Part shown: in pieces, positions 11,572-24,879 of the stretch
How positions within the stretch are numbered: position 1 is the first letter of the stretch
Layout: each line of letters starts with the position of its first letter
Source: Eledone cirrhosa
Taxonomy: Eukaryota
Direction of reading: 5' to 3'
Assembly (NCBI GenBank): GCA_964016885.1
Contig: OZ024747.1
Coordinates: 63,302,001-63,366,000, forward strand
DNA length: 64,000 nt
Position numbers and translations under genes: made by a program
Notes under the pieces: generated by a model
What the model was told of the DNA's origin: nothing
What the model saw: the letters and a program-made list of their open reading frames with translations, nothing else
The model's database searches: none

Positions 11572-14500
11572 ATCATCATTATCATCATCATCATTATCAT
11601 CATTGTTTTATGTCCATTTTTCCTCCTTCTCATCTGATCATCATCATCATCATCTCATCATGATCACCATCATTGTTTTATATACATCTTCATCATCATC
11701 ATCACCATCATTCTTTTATGTCCATTTTCATCATCATCATCATCATCACCATCATTCTTTTACGGCCATTTTTCATCATCATTATCATCATTATCATCAT
11801 CTGATCATCATCATCATCAACATCATCATTGTTTTGCGTCCATTTTTCAATAACGTGCATTGATTAGCTGAGTCTTCTCTGGTACAGCATTTTTTGTTTG
11901 TTTCTTTCCTTTGTCATCTCCTTTGTGAAGTGTAGTTACTTGAGGTCAGAGTTGACCATCTCTGTGGGGTGTAGTTACTTGAGGTTAGAGATGACCATCT
12001 CTGTGAGGTGTAGTTACTTGAAGTTAGAGTTGACCATCTCTGTGGGGTGTAGTTACTTGAGGTTAGAGATGACCATCTCTGTGAGGTGTAGTTACTTGAG
12101 GTTAGAGTTGACCATCTCTGTGGGGTGTAGTTACTTGAGGTTAGAGTTGACCATCTCTGTGGGGTGTAGTTACCTGAGGTTAGAGTTGACCATCTCTGTG
12201 GGGTGTAGTTACCTGAGGTTAGAGTTGACCATCTCTGTGGGGTGTAGTTACTTGAGGTTAGAGTTGACCATCTCTGTGGGGTGTAGTTACCTGAGGTTAG
12301 AGTTGACCATCTCTGTGGGGTGTAGTTACCTGAGGTTAGAGTTGACCATCTCTGTGGGGTGTAGTTACTTGAGGTTAGAGTTGACCATCTCTGTGGGGTG
12401 TAGTTACTTGAGGTTAGAGTTGACCATCTCTGTGGGGTGTAGTTACTGTGGTTAGAGTTGACCATCTCTGTGGGGTGTAGTTACTTAAGGTCAGAGTTGA
12501 CCATCTCTGTGGGGTGTAGTTACTTGAGGTTAGAGTTGACCATCTCTGTGGGGTGTAGTTACCTGAGGTTAGAGTTGACCATCTCTGTGGGGTGTAGTTA
12601 CCTGAGGTTAGAGTTGACCATCTCTGTGGGGTGTAGTTACTTGAGGTCAGAGTTGACCATCTCTGTGAGGTGTAGTTACCTGAGGTTAGAGTTGACCATC
12701 TCTGTGGGGTGTAGTTACCTGAGGTTAGAGTTGACCATCTCTGTGGGGTGTAGTTACCTGAGGTTAGAGTTGACCATCTCTGTGGGGTGTAGTTACCTGA
12801 GGTTAGAGTTGACCATCTCTGTGGGGTGTAGTTACCTGAGGTTAGAGTTGACCATCTCTGTGGGGTGTAGTTACCTGATATTAGAGTTGACCATCTCTGT
12901 GGGGTGTAGTTACCTGAGGTTAGAGTTGACCATCTCTGTGGGGTGTAGTTACCTGAGGTTAGAGTTGACCATCTCTGTGGGGTGTAGTTACCTGAAGTAA
13001 GAGTTGACCATCTCTGTGGGGTGTAGTTACCTGAGAAGAGTTGACCATCTCTGTGAGGTGTAGTTACCTGAGGTTAGAGTTGACCATATCTGTGGGGTGT
13101 AGTTACCTGAGGTTAGAGTTGACCATCTCTGTGAGGTGTAGTTACCTGAGGTTAGAGTTGACCATCTCTGTGAGGTGTAGTTACTTGAAGTCAGAGTTGA
13201 CCATCTCTGTAGGGTGTAGTTACCTGAGGTTAGAGTTGACCATCTCTGTGGGGTGTAGTTACCTGAGGTTAGAGTTGACCATCTCTGTGGGGTGTAGTTA
13301 CTTGAGGTTAGAGTTGACCATCTCTGTCAGGTGTAGTTACTTGAGGTTAGAGTTGACCATCTCTGTGGGGTGTAGTTACCTGAGGTTAGAGTTGGCCATC
13401 TCTGTGAGGTGTAGTTACTTGAGGTCAGAGTTGACCATCTCTATCAGCTGTAGTTACTTGAGGTCAGAGTTGACCATCTCTGTGGGGTGTAGTTACTTGA
13501 GGTCAGAGTTGACCATCTCTGTGGGGTGTAGTTACTTGAGGTCAGAGTTGACCATCTCTGTGGTGTGTAGTTACCTGAGGTTAGATTTGACCATCTCTGT
13601 GAGGTGTAGTTACCTGAGGTTAGAGTTGACCATCTCTGTGGGGTGTAGTTACTTGAGGTTAGAGTTGACCATCTCTGTCAGGTGTACTTACTTGAGGTTA
13701 AAGTGGACCATCTCTGTGGGGTGTAGTTACTTGAGGTTAGAGTTGACCATCTCTGTGAGGTGTAGTTACCTGAGGTTAGAGTTGACCATCTCTGTGGGGT
13801 GTAGTTACCTGAGGTTAGAGTTGACCATCTCTGTGAGGTGTAGTTACCTGAGGTTAGAGTTGACCATCTCTGTGGGGTGTAGTTACCTGAGGTTAGAGTT
13901 GACCATCTCTGTGGGGTGTAGTTACCTGAGGTCAGAGTTGACCATCTCTGTGAGGTGTAGTTACCTGAGGTAAGAGTTGACCATCTCTGTGGGGTGTAGT
14001 TACCTGAGGTTAGAGTTGACCATCTCTGTGGTGTGTAGTTACTTGAGGTTAGAGTTGACCATCTCTGTGGATTGTAGTTACCTGAGGTTAGAGTTGACCA
14101 TCTCTGTGGTGTGTAGTTACCTGAGGTTAGAGTTGACCATCTCTGTGGATGGTAGTTACCTGAGGTTAGAGTTGACCATCTCTGTGGAGTGTAGTTACCT
14201 GAGGTTAGAGTTGACCATCTCTGTGGATGGTAGTTACCTGAGGTTAGAGTTGACCATCTCTGTGGATTGTAGTTACCTGAGGTTAGAGTTGACCATCTCT
14301 GTCAGGTGTAGTTACCTGAGGTTAGAGTTGACCATCTCTGTGGGGTGTAGTTACCTGAGGTCAGAGTTGACCATCTCTGTCAGGTGTAGTTACCTGAGGT
14401 TAGAGTTGACCATCTCTGTGGGGTGTAGTTACCTGAGGTCAGAGTTGACCATCTCTGTGGATTGTAGTTACCTGAGGTTAGAGTTGACCATCTCTGTGGT

Positions 14501-17500
14501 GTGTAGTTACTTGAGGTTAGAGTTGACCATCTCTGTGGGGTGTAGTTACCTGAGGTTAGATTTGACCATCTCTGTGGGGTGTAGTTACCTGAGGTTAGAG
14601 TTGACCATCTCTGTGGGGTGTAGTTACCTGAGGTTAGAGTTGACCGTATCTGTGGGGTGTAGTTACCTGAGGTTAGAGTTGACCATCTCTGTGAGGTGTA
14701 GTTACCTGAGGTTAGAGTTGACCATCTCTGTGAGGTGTAGTTACTTGAGGTCAGAGTTGACCATCTCTGTAGGGTGTAGTTACCTGAGGTTAGAGTTGAC
14801 CATCTCTGTGGAGTGTAGTTACTTGAGGTTAGAGTTGACCATCTCTGTCAGGTGTAGTTACTTGAGGTTAGAGTTGACCATCTCTGTGGGGTGTAGTTAC
14901 CTGAGGTTAGAGTTGGCCATCTCTGTGAGGTGTAGTTACTTGAGGTCAGAGTTGACCATCTCTGTGAGGTGTAGTTACTTGAGGTCAGAGTTGACCATCT
15001 CTGTGGGGTGTAGTTACTTGAGGTCAGAGTTGACCATCTCTGTGGGGTGTACTTACTTGAGGTCAGAGTTGACCATCTCTGTGGTGTGTAGTTACCTGAG
15101 GTTAGAGTTGACCATCTCTGTGAGGTGTAGTTACCTGAGGTTAGAGTTGACCATCTCTGTGGGGTGTAGTTACTTGAGGTTAGAGTTGACCATCTCTGTC
15201 AGGTGTAGTTACTTGAGGTTAGAGTTGCCCATCTCTGTGGGGTGTAGTTACCTGAGGTTAGAGTTGGCCATCTCTGTGGGGTGTAGTTACCTGAGGTTAG
15301 AGTTGACCATCTCTGTGGATGGTAGTTACCTGAGGTTAGAGTTGACCATCTCTGTGGGGTGTAGTTACTTGAGGTTAGAGTTGACCATCTCTGTGAGGTG
15401 TAGTTAACTGAGGTTAGAGTTGACCATCTCTGTGGTGTGTAGTTACCTGAGGTTAGAGTTGACCATCTCTGTGGGGTGTAGTTACCTGAGGTTAGAGTTG
15501 ACCATCTCTGTGAGGTGTAGTTACCTGAGGTTAGAGTTGACCATCTCTGTGGGGTGTAGTTACCTGAGGTTAGAGTTGCCCATCTCTGTGGGGTGTAGTT
15601 ACCTGAGGTTAGAGTTGGCCATCTCTGTGGGGTGTAGTTACCTGAGGTCAGAGTTGACCATCTCTGTGAGGTGTAGTTACCTGACGTTAGAGTTGACCAT
15701 CTCTGTGGGGTGTAGTTACCTGGGGTTAGAGTTGACCATCTCTGTGGGGTGTAGTTACCTGAGGTTAGAGTTGACCATCTCTGTGAGGTGTAGTTACCTG
15801 AGGTAAGAGTTGACCATCTCTGTGGGGTGTAGTTACCTGAGGTTAGAGTTGACCATCTCTGTGGTGCGTAGTTACTTGAGGTTAGAGTTGACCATCTCTG
15901 TGGATTGTAGTTACCTGAGGTTAGAGTTGACCATCTCTGTGGTGTGTAGTTACTTGAGGTCAGAGTTGACCATCTATGTGGGGTGTAGTTACCTGAGGAT
16001 AGAGTTGACCATCTCTGTGGTGTGTAGTTACTTGAGGTTAGAGTTGACCATCTCTGTGGAGTGTAGTTACCTGAGGTTAGAGTTGACCATCTCTGTGGAT
16101 GGTAGTTACCTGAGGTTAGAGTTGACCATCTCTGTGGATTGTAGTTACCTGAGGTTAGAGTTGACCCTCTCTGTGGGGTGTAGTTACCTGAGGTCAGAGT
16201 TGACCATCTCTGTCAGGTGTAGTTACCTGAGGTTAGAGTTGACCATCTCTGTGGGGTGTAGTTACCTGAGGTCAGAGTTGACCATCTCTGTGGATTGTAG
16301 TTACCTGAGGTTAGAGTTGACCATCTCTGTGGTGTGTAGTTACTTGAGGTTAGAGTTGACCATCTCTGTGGGGTGTAGTTACCTGAGGTTAGATTTGACC
16401 ATCTCTGTGGGGTGTAGTTACCTGAGGTTAGAGTTGACCATCTCTGTGGGGTGTAGTTACCTGAGGTTAGATTTGACCATCTCTGTGGGGTGTAGTTACC
16501 TGAGGTTAGAGTTGACCATCTCTGTGGGGTGTAGTTACTTGAGGTTAGAGTTGACCATCTCTGTGAGGTGTAGTTACTTGAGGTCAGAGTTGACCATCTC
16601 TGTGGGGTGTAGTTACCTGAGGTTAGAGTTGACCATCTCTGTGGGGTGTAGTTACCTGAGGTCAGAGTTGACCATCTCTGTGGAGTGTAGTTACCTGAAG
16701 TTAGAGTTGACCATCTCTGTGAGGTGTAGTTACCTGAAGTTAGAGTTGACCATCTCTGTGGGGTGTAGTTACCTGAGGTTAGAGTTGACCATCTCTGTGA
16801 GGTATAGTTACCTGAAGCTAGAGTTGACCATCTCTGTGAGGTGTAGTTACTTGAGGTTAGAGTTGACCATCTCTGTGAGGTGTAGTTACCTGAGGTTAGA
16901 GTTGACCATCTCTGTGGGGTGTAGTTACCTGAAGTTAGAGTTGACCATCTCTGTGGAGTGTAGTTACCTGAGGTTAGAGTTGACCATCTCTGTGAGGTGT
17001 AGTTACTGAGGTCAGAGTTGACCATCTCTGTGGGGTGTAGTTACCTGAGGTTAGAGTTGACCATCTCTGTGGTGTGTAGTTACTTGAGGTTAGAGTTGAC
17101 CATCTCTGTGAGGTGTAGTTACTGAGGTCAGAGTTGACCATCTCTGTGGGGTGTAGTTACCTGAGGTTAGAGTTGACCATCTCTGTGGGGTGTAGTTACC
17201 TGAGGTTAGAGTTGACCATCTCTGTGGGGTGTAGTTACCTGAGGTTAGAGTTGACCATCTCTGTGGGGTGTAGTTACCTGAGGTTAGAGTTGACCATCTC
17301 TGTGGGGTGTAGTTACCTGAGGTTAGAGTTGGCCATCTATGTGGTGTGTAGTTACCTGAGGTTAGAGTAGACCATCTCTGTGGGGTGTAGTTACCTGAGG
17401 TTAGAGTTGACCATCTATGTGGTGTGTAGTTACCTGAGGTTAGAGTAGACCATCTCTGTGAAGTGTAGTTACCTGAGGTTAGAGTTGACCATCTATGTGG

Positions 17501-18365
17501 TGTGTAGTTACCTGAGGTTAGAGTTGACCATCTCTGTGAGGTGTAGTTACCTCAGGTTAGAGTTGACCATCTCTGTGGGGTGTAGTTACCTGAGGTTAGA
17601 GTTGACCATCTCTGTGGGGTGTAGTTACCTGAGGTTAGAGTTGGCCATCTATGTGGTGTGTAGTTACCTGAGGTTAGAGTAGACCATCTCTGTGGGGTGT
17701 AGTTACCTGAGGTTAGAGTTGACCATCTATGTGGTGTGTAGTTACTTGAGGTCAGAGTTGACCATCTCTGTGAAGTGTAGTTACATGAGGTTAGAGTTGA
17801 CCATCTATGTGGTGTGTAGTTACCTGAGGTTAGAGTTGACCATCTCTGTGGGGTGTAGTTACCTGAGGTTAGAGTTGACCATCTCTGTGAGGTGTAGTTA
17901 CCTGAGGTTAGAGTTGACCATCTCTGTGAGGTGTAGTTACTTGAGGTCAGAGTTGACCATCTCTGTGGGGTGTAGTTACTTGAGGTCAGAGTTGATCACC
18001 TTTGTAGGATGTAGTTATCATCTCTACCACCACCTTTGGCTAGTGGAGTTACTTGATGTCAGTGTTCACCACCTTTGTCCTTTTCTTTTTTGATCTGTTA
18101 CTTTTATGACTTTTTCTGCTTGGAACTCCTGGAATCTCCTCATTACATCACCATACCAACACAAATGTTCTCTCCTGTAGTTAACATCTGATTCCTTCTC
18201 TGTTCATTTTACCATTGGATGTGTAATGTTAGTGAGCATGAATTAGTGTAATGTTAGTGAGCATGTTGTTCATGCATTACACATCCAATGGTGCATGCTA
18301 AATTCATTTCACTCCAATCTTCACACATTCTCCCCATTCACTGCCCATGTTCCACTTTGCATGAA
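11572..18365 (-). mobile_element. Degenerate 3' part of an RTE LINE interrupted by the 39-bp array; (GAT)n tail at 11572-11830
   Basis: Minus-strand translation 18365-18140 (SGTWAVNGENV*RLE*NEFSMHHWMCN...GIRC*LQER/LCWYGDVMR) matches the 54066 ORF; 11960-11870 (EMVNSDLK*LHFTKEMTKE...AVPEKTQ) matches the 55284 ORF; ends GGACGCAAAACAATGATGATG. Confidence 0.8.
11925..18010. repeat. 39-bp minisatellite, ~156 units, consensus GTTGACCATCTCTGTGGGGTGTAGTTAC(C/T)TGAGGTTAGA
   Basis: Direct reading; homogeneous units with shared variant positions and a few 1-2 nt indels (near 12447, 13035, 17006, 17122). Confidence 0.98.
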
Positions 18366-18931
18366 TTAAGTTTACTTGCTCTCTCTCTGTCACCCTCTCT
18401 CACCCCCTCCTCTCTTTCTCCACCCACCCTCTCACCCCCTCTCTACCCACCCTCTCACCCCCTCTCTACAGATTTGATAAACTAATTTATCTGTGATGTA
18501 AATTCAGCACAATGTAATATCTCTAATTGTCCCATTGTGAAGATATTGAGAAATTTAAAGTTATGTAATCAACGAAGTATCCAATAGGATTACTGGTAAT
18601 TTACTGCAAATAATTGGTGGAAAAGAGAAATGTAATTCTTAGAAAGAACAGATTATATCAGAATTTGTGGCAGACAGAGATAATGCTACCAATAAGACAT
18701 TATATGGTGCTGCCTGTGCAAAATATTTAGTTTTGAAGCTACTTTAATGGAACTTTAACTAGGATCGTTGTCTACTAAACTTTATTAAAGACTGCCAATA
18801 TCAAGTTTTGATTTCACTGTGGATTTACTGATAGGAAATTAGATTGTCACTAGATCTTAGTTTTAATGACTTACATTTAGGTTTACAAGAGAGAGAGAGA
18901 AAGACAGAGAGAAAGTGCAAGAAAGAAATAG

Positions 18932-18975
<44 letters not shown>

Positions 18976-19264
18976 CAAGAGAGAGAGAGAGAGTGAGAGA
19001 AATTTCATGTGAGAAACGAGACAGCTAGATAGATAGCAAGAGATATAAATATAAGAGATTGTATGAGAAGTTTAAGAAGTTAGAGGAGATGATTGGTATC
19101 AACAATTGTCTCATTACAAATATTGGAAGTGAGAAATATATATATGGTGGTTAGGGTCAGTGTGTCTCAGTTAACAGAAATGTGTGGCATGCAGTTAATT
19201 CGTTTCATAATTCTATTCAGATTGTAATAGATCTGACAGTGTTAAAGCTTGACGTCAATTCTGG

Positions 19265-19545
19265 GACTACTACTACTACTACTTCTCCTTCTCTCATCCT
19301 CCTAATCCGCCCACTTATTCCTGAGAGGGTCGTGGAGGCAGACTCCTTAACCACTCCTTCCTGTGGGTCCTGTCAGAAGCAACCAACCATCTCCAGCTGG
19401 ATCCCCAAGCAAGACCAGACAACCTCATGGATGTTATCCAACCATCTTGCTCGAGGTCTCCTGCTGGGTCTCCTGCTTGTTGTTATGCCTACGTCCCTTC
19501 TTCTGATTACAGAATGCTGAAGCTGGCGCATTACTGCACCTGGAA
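19265..19545 (-). mobile_element. RTE (Expander/Rex3-like) C-terminal fragment with internal deletion and (AGT)n/(AGA)n tail
   Basis: Minus translation RRPSRRPRARWLDNIHEVVWSCLGI...ASDRTHRKEWLRSLPPRPSQE*. Confidence 0.75.
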
Positions 19546-19591
19546 CATGTCATTTAAAAATTTGTTGAATTGTTAGTAAATGAGTGAGAAA

Positions 19592-19852
19592 TACGAAGGG
19601 GCTTCAAAATATTTATGGAAAAGAAAGAGATAAGGTTGAAGATGATCCCCAGTTGAAGATGTAATAAAAGCTGCTTTGACATGGTTTAAATCACATGGCT
19701 CTCAATTTTACACAGAGGACTTAAAGGCTGGTATCAATGCTTGCAAGAAGCGTATTGACTTAGATGGAGCATATGTTGAAAAATAAATATCATAACTTAA
19801 ACCGTTTTTTCCAACTGTGTTTTTTCCATGAACGTTTTGAAACCCCCTCGTA
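19592..19852 (+). mobile_element. Internally deleted mariner element
   Basis: TA-CGA(A)GGGGCTTCAAAA..TTATGGAAAA / TTTTCCATGAACGTTTTGAAACCCCCTCG-TA TIRs; transposase C-terminus TWFKSHGSQFY...KRIDLDGAYVEK*. Confidence 0.85.
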
Positions 19853-21423
19853 CATAGGTAATTTGTTAGATAAAACAATTTAGCGTGTTGCTTCAAATTT
19901 TCCAAAATACGGAGCTGAAGTGATAATGGATAAGAATTAAAATGTCGAAAAGTGTTGATTAAATGGAAGTAAGAATTGAAATAAATAGGAAAGCTGCTGG
20001 TCTTGGTGATGAAGTTTGTATAACCAGCACAAATGCAAATTGTCAACCATTGACACATCTAGTGTCCTTGGTTCTTAGTCTGCTATTTTTCTCTTCTAAA
20101 TTGAGATGAAAGCATTGTACCTAAGAAAGGAACCCTAGTGTAGCAGATATCATTGGATTTTCTTCATGTTAGCACTTTTACTATCTTGTCTACCTAGAGA
20201 TATGTTGTCCAACCAAGGTTCTATAGTTAGCCTAGTCCTTTTCTTCATTCTCTATCTTTTTTTTTAAATCTTACTTGTAATAAACTTAACATCCACTTTG
20301 GTGGAAAGGAACCTAGTTGTTAAATGAAGAATACCTGTATTGTTTTACCTCACAACATAATTTAGTCAGATTTTTTAATGCTGATTAATGTTAACACAAA
20401 CATATCTATATTTTTGTTTGATGTGGATGGCATACCTGTATAATTTATATAAAAAGCATTTTATTTTATGCTATTTTTAAATATTTTCATAATGCTATGT
20501 TCAGTATATCTAAAACTTTTCAATGTTAGAAAGTTTTGAGAAAGTAGTATATGTTTATGATATTATCAATCCTACCAGAGTGTAGGATTGATATATATAT
20601 ATTTCTAAGTTAAGTAAATGGAATGAAGCAGAATAATATATCTGATAGAGTACCATAATTATATGATAGGTCAAGACATAAGACCATAAGTGGAGTTCTC
20701 TCACCACTTATCTAGCATAATGTTAGATAAAGAGGCCCTATTTATCATACTGTATCATCCTGTAAAGTAGATTCCATATCATTATTAAACTAACTAAAAA
20801 TGACAAGGAAAGATTTCTGCCTTTATAAAACTTTGTAAAACACAAAACATCATACAAAAAAAAAAATGGCATATCATTTTATTATTATAAATTTGGTGGT
20901 GGAAATGGATATTTTTACAGAGTGTAAATGTGAATTTTAAACAAGATAGGATATTACATGTGTAGCTTTTAGAAATATCCTTATTTTTAACTCTTATATC
21001 TTAATACAACTATAATTATCCAGCTGTGCTGGTCAGTAGTTTAAATACTGGACCGAACATCTATCATAAATTACATACCATTATTATTTGGACTTCAAAA
21101 TAATCGAATATCTAAGAAATTATCCTAGCAATTTTAACTATATGGAATATATCGATTTTGACAATGAGTATTCTTGTTGTTCAATCATTGGCAAAGCCTG
21201 CACATGAAATTAATGTGGGATCCGCTGAGCCTTCCATAAACATGTTCATCCTTAACATAACTCTCAGAAAGATCCAGCATGAGATCTAATGTGTGCTATA
21301 GTAGGAAAGCCATATAAAGGAAGAATCAGCAGACAACTAATTCTAATATTTAAACTTCAAAAAAATGACAGGGAAAGTTGACTACAATCTGATTGGAAAA
21401 AGGAGCTCAGAGAGCTGTTATAA

Positions 21424-21857
21424 ATATTGTTTCTACTTTGGACACAAGGCCAGCAATTTGAAGGTGAGAGGAAAAGACGATGAATTCGACCCCAGTGCAT
21501 TACGGGTACTTGTTTTATCTACCCTGCATGGTTGAAAGGCTAAGCTAATCTCAACAGGATCTGAACTCAGAAAGTAAAGGGATGTAACTATATACTGCAG
21601 AGAATTTAGTCCAATGCTCTACTGATACTGCCAAAAGTTGAAACAAATATTGGTTTCTGATTTAGGTACAAGGCTAACAATTTTGGGTGAGGGGAAAGTC
21701 GATTAAATTGACCCCTGTGAATTACTGATACTTGTTTTATATACAGTACATGGTTGAAAGGCAAAGTTAATCTCGGTGGGATCTGAACTCATAACGTAAA
21801 GGGCCATAACTATATCCCACAAAGCATATTGTCCAATGTACTATTGATACTGCCAAG
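21424..21857 (-). mobile_element. Tandem dimer of SINE family A (degenerate)
   Basis: Two copies of CACAAGGCCAGCAATT...GAAAGGC...GGATCTGAACTC...TACTGCC. Confidence 0.75.
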
Positions 21858-22204
21858 GCTTGAAACTAATATTAAAAAAGCATTCTATCCAACATTCCAA
21901 TGATTCTGCCAGTTTGTGGCTTACAATTTAATTTCAGTCAGCAGTTCAACATACTTTAAATTTAACCAGCTGGATCTCTTGATAAACTAATTAATATTAT
22001 CATCGTTATAATTAATACTACCATATAAACATTATATGTGGATATAATATGTTAAGATATTTTTGATGTATTGAAACTAATTTAATATTTCAATTAATCT
22101 CATTCATTAATGTTTAAACCATATTTAGCAAACTTTCTAAAATATTAAAGATAGCTAAATATATCTATCTTTCCTCATCTCCTCTCTATTCATTTACCTG
22201 TGTT

Positions 22205-22226
22205 TTTATATATATGTTTGTATATA

Positions 22227-22308
<82 letters not shown>

Positions 22309-22346
22309 TATGTATATGCATATGTGCATATATGTATATATATGTA

Positions 22347-22379
<33 letters not shown>

Positions 22380-22455
22380 GTGTGTACATTTATATGCATA
22401 TATATATATGTGTATGTATATTTATATGTATATACATATATATATATATAGTATA
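22205..22455. repeat. Compound (TA)n/(TG)n microsatellite; similar tracts at 33545-33865, 33984-34110, 35796-35980, 39748-40000, 46335-46555, 46955-47550, 48470-48612
   Basis: Direct reading; source of the YI/CV/HT-repeat ORFs. Confidence 0.95.
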
Positions 22456-22769
22456 TACTATGGTAAATTACAGTGGATTTCAAACTAATATTCAATAATA
22501 TACAAAAATATCTATAATTCAAAGTAGGACATAAAGTTTAGGTGTTTTATTTTGATATTTATTGATTTCCTGTAGAAACTGATGAAATAAAAAGTTTACA
22601 TTTTCTTTTAAAAACTCCATATTTTACTAAAAATGTTATTAAAAATCTTCAAGTTAGATACTTTTTAGAGGTGCGTGGCCTGGTTATTTGTTGACACCTT
22701 GAAAGTAATTGATGATGAAAGGGAATTGACCTCTATTGGTTTTGACAATTAGTGTGTAAAGCTGTTTGA

Positions 22770-23060
22770 TCAATGGAACAGCCTACTTGTGAAAGAATAT
22801 GTGCAAATGGCAGAGCATTCCACTGACATGTCTATTTTAAATGTAATTCTCAGACAGGTTAGATGTAGTAAACTAAGTTATAAGCCTCACCCAATACATT
22901 ACTGGTGCAATCCATTGTATGGGCTTCCACACAGTTTCTGTCTGCCTAATTTCACTCACAACCCAAGGTTATATAGTAAATGTAACTGTCCTAAGATGCC
23001 ATACAGTGGAATAGAAACCAGGACCTAATGTTTGGAAAACTAACTTAGTAACCATTTGCC
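22770..23060 (-). mobile_element. Degenerate tRNA-derived SINE (family B-like)
   Basis: Minus-strand head with GGTTTCTATTCC B-box-like and CATCTTAGGACAG core-like motifs. Confidence 0.45.
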
Positions 23061-23079
23061 TATGTTGCATCCCCAAATA

Positions 23080-23422
23080 ACAATTTCTGATTTAGGCATA
23101 AGGCCAATAATTTTGGTGGGGAGGAGAAAGTCAATTAAATCAACCCCAGTGCATTACTTATACTTTGTTATCGACCCCATAAGGATGAACATCAAAGCTA
23201 ACCGTGGCAAGATTTGAACTCAGAAAATAAAGGGCCGTAACTCAAAGCAGTGAAGCATGTTGTCCAATGCTCTAATGATATTGGTTTCTGATTCAGGCAC
23301 AAGGCAGGCCCGTAAGGATGAAAGGCATATCTAACCTCGGCGGGATTTGAACTCAGAACATAAAGGGCCATAACTCTATGCTGTGAAGCATGTTGTCAAA
23401 TACTCTACTGATACTGCCAATA
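23080..23422 (-). mobile_element. Tandem dimer of SINE family A (second copy internally deleted)
   Basis: GGATGAA..CAAAGCTAACC..GGC..GATTTGAACTCAGAA present twice. Confidence 0.75.
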
Positions 23423-24879
23423 CATCTTGCTAAATCATAAATGTAAAACATGATAAATGTAATCCATAAATGATAAATGCAAAACAAATTGAACAGATTT
23501 TTATTTTAACGGGTTAAAATGACTTGCCTTAATTTAAATGCTTCCTTTCCCATCGTTATTTCATATCAAGTCACTTGCCAAATAAATACAACTCCATAAA
23601 ATGAATGTTCTATTTGCAAAAATTAATTTTTTAGTTATTTAATCCATGAAATAAAATAGAGTTTTCAAATCTGTTTAATATGTAACATTCATGATTTCTG
23701 TTAAACAGGTTTATCTTATATAGTTAATTTATATTTGAAGATTGATAAATAAAGATAGAAAGTAAAAAGTGATTAGGTCCACATGAGTAGTTACATTCCA
23801 AATAATGTTGCTTTCATGTTGGGGAATCTGATTGTGTTGTAAACAACAGCTTACTTTGAAATCATGGAGAAAATTTCTGAAAATAATAGTAAAAACATAC
23901 AATACATTGATATCTGTGATGAATGTGTATTAATGTAAATATGTTTAACTTGTTTGTGCGTGAGCATCTGTATGGATATGTGTGTATGCACACACATATA
24001 TATATATATAAAGTGTATACTGACATATTCATGTGTGTATGTGTGTGTCTGCATGTATATATAAATACATATATGTGCATATATATATATATATATAAAG
24101 TGTATGTTGACATATTCATATGTTTCTGTATATGAATGTATGTATGTGTGTGCAAATATATATATTTATATATATAGTGAGTGTGTGTGTAGTTGTGAGA
24201 GCTTCAAATGTTGTTTAGGTTGCTATATAAATGAGAGCAACTTGCCTTTTATCTAACATGCTTTCAGCAAAATCTTGCCACTACCACTACTCAAAAAATA
24301 ATCTAATATTAGAAATATTAGAAATATTAGAAACTATATCAGCAACGTTTCCAAGTATATATACCTTATATTTCATCCACTGTTGCTTTACTTTAACACA
24401 AACTTCAACTTCATAATTTCAATGAAATTTTCTAATTACAAATGAATAAAAAAATTTTCAAAGATTTCTGATTTCCATTCACTGCACATGTTCCTGCAAT
24501 TTAGGAAGTTGTGTCAGAAATCTTTGAACAACAAAAGCCTAAGAAAGTCTAAAAGGCATTTCTTTGATTATTGAAGCTGTAAGTTTTACAAGGCATATTT
24601 TGTATTCCATTCAAAACTGGCAAAACTGAGTTTTTTCAGTCAATCTCTAGAACTATATATTTCTTCAAGAAAGCAATTTTTTTTTAATGCACATACTTCT
24701 AACACAGCATATTTTGTCAATATATATCAATACCTTCATCACCGTCACCATCATATTATATTCAATATTTGTTCTGCTTGTATGGGTTAGGCATTAGGCT
24801 GATTACCTTTAGCACAGTGTCTTGTCACTTCTTGCATTCTTTTGTCACCACCTTCATGAGGTTCAGCTTCCTGTGATCA

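Noticed and set aside
11925-18010. CRISPR array or telomeric repeat
   Set aside because: No unique spacers, no cas genes and a eukaryotic context. GGTTAGAG is only superficially like TTAGGG.
11898-18093. Long ORFs of (LTISVGCSYLRLE)n on + and (STLTSGNYTPQRW)n on -
   Set aside because: A by-product of a unit length divisible by 3. Both frames are broken by stops and indels, and the ancestral LINE frame is a third one with a stop in each unit.
22186-22522. YI/CV/HT/ER-rich ORFs here and throughout the window
   Set aside because: Translations of dinucleotide microsatellites
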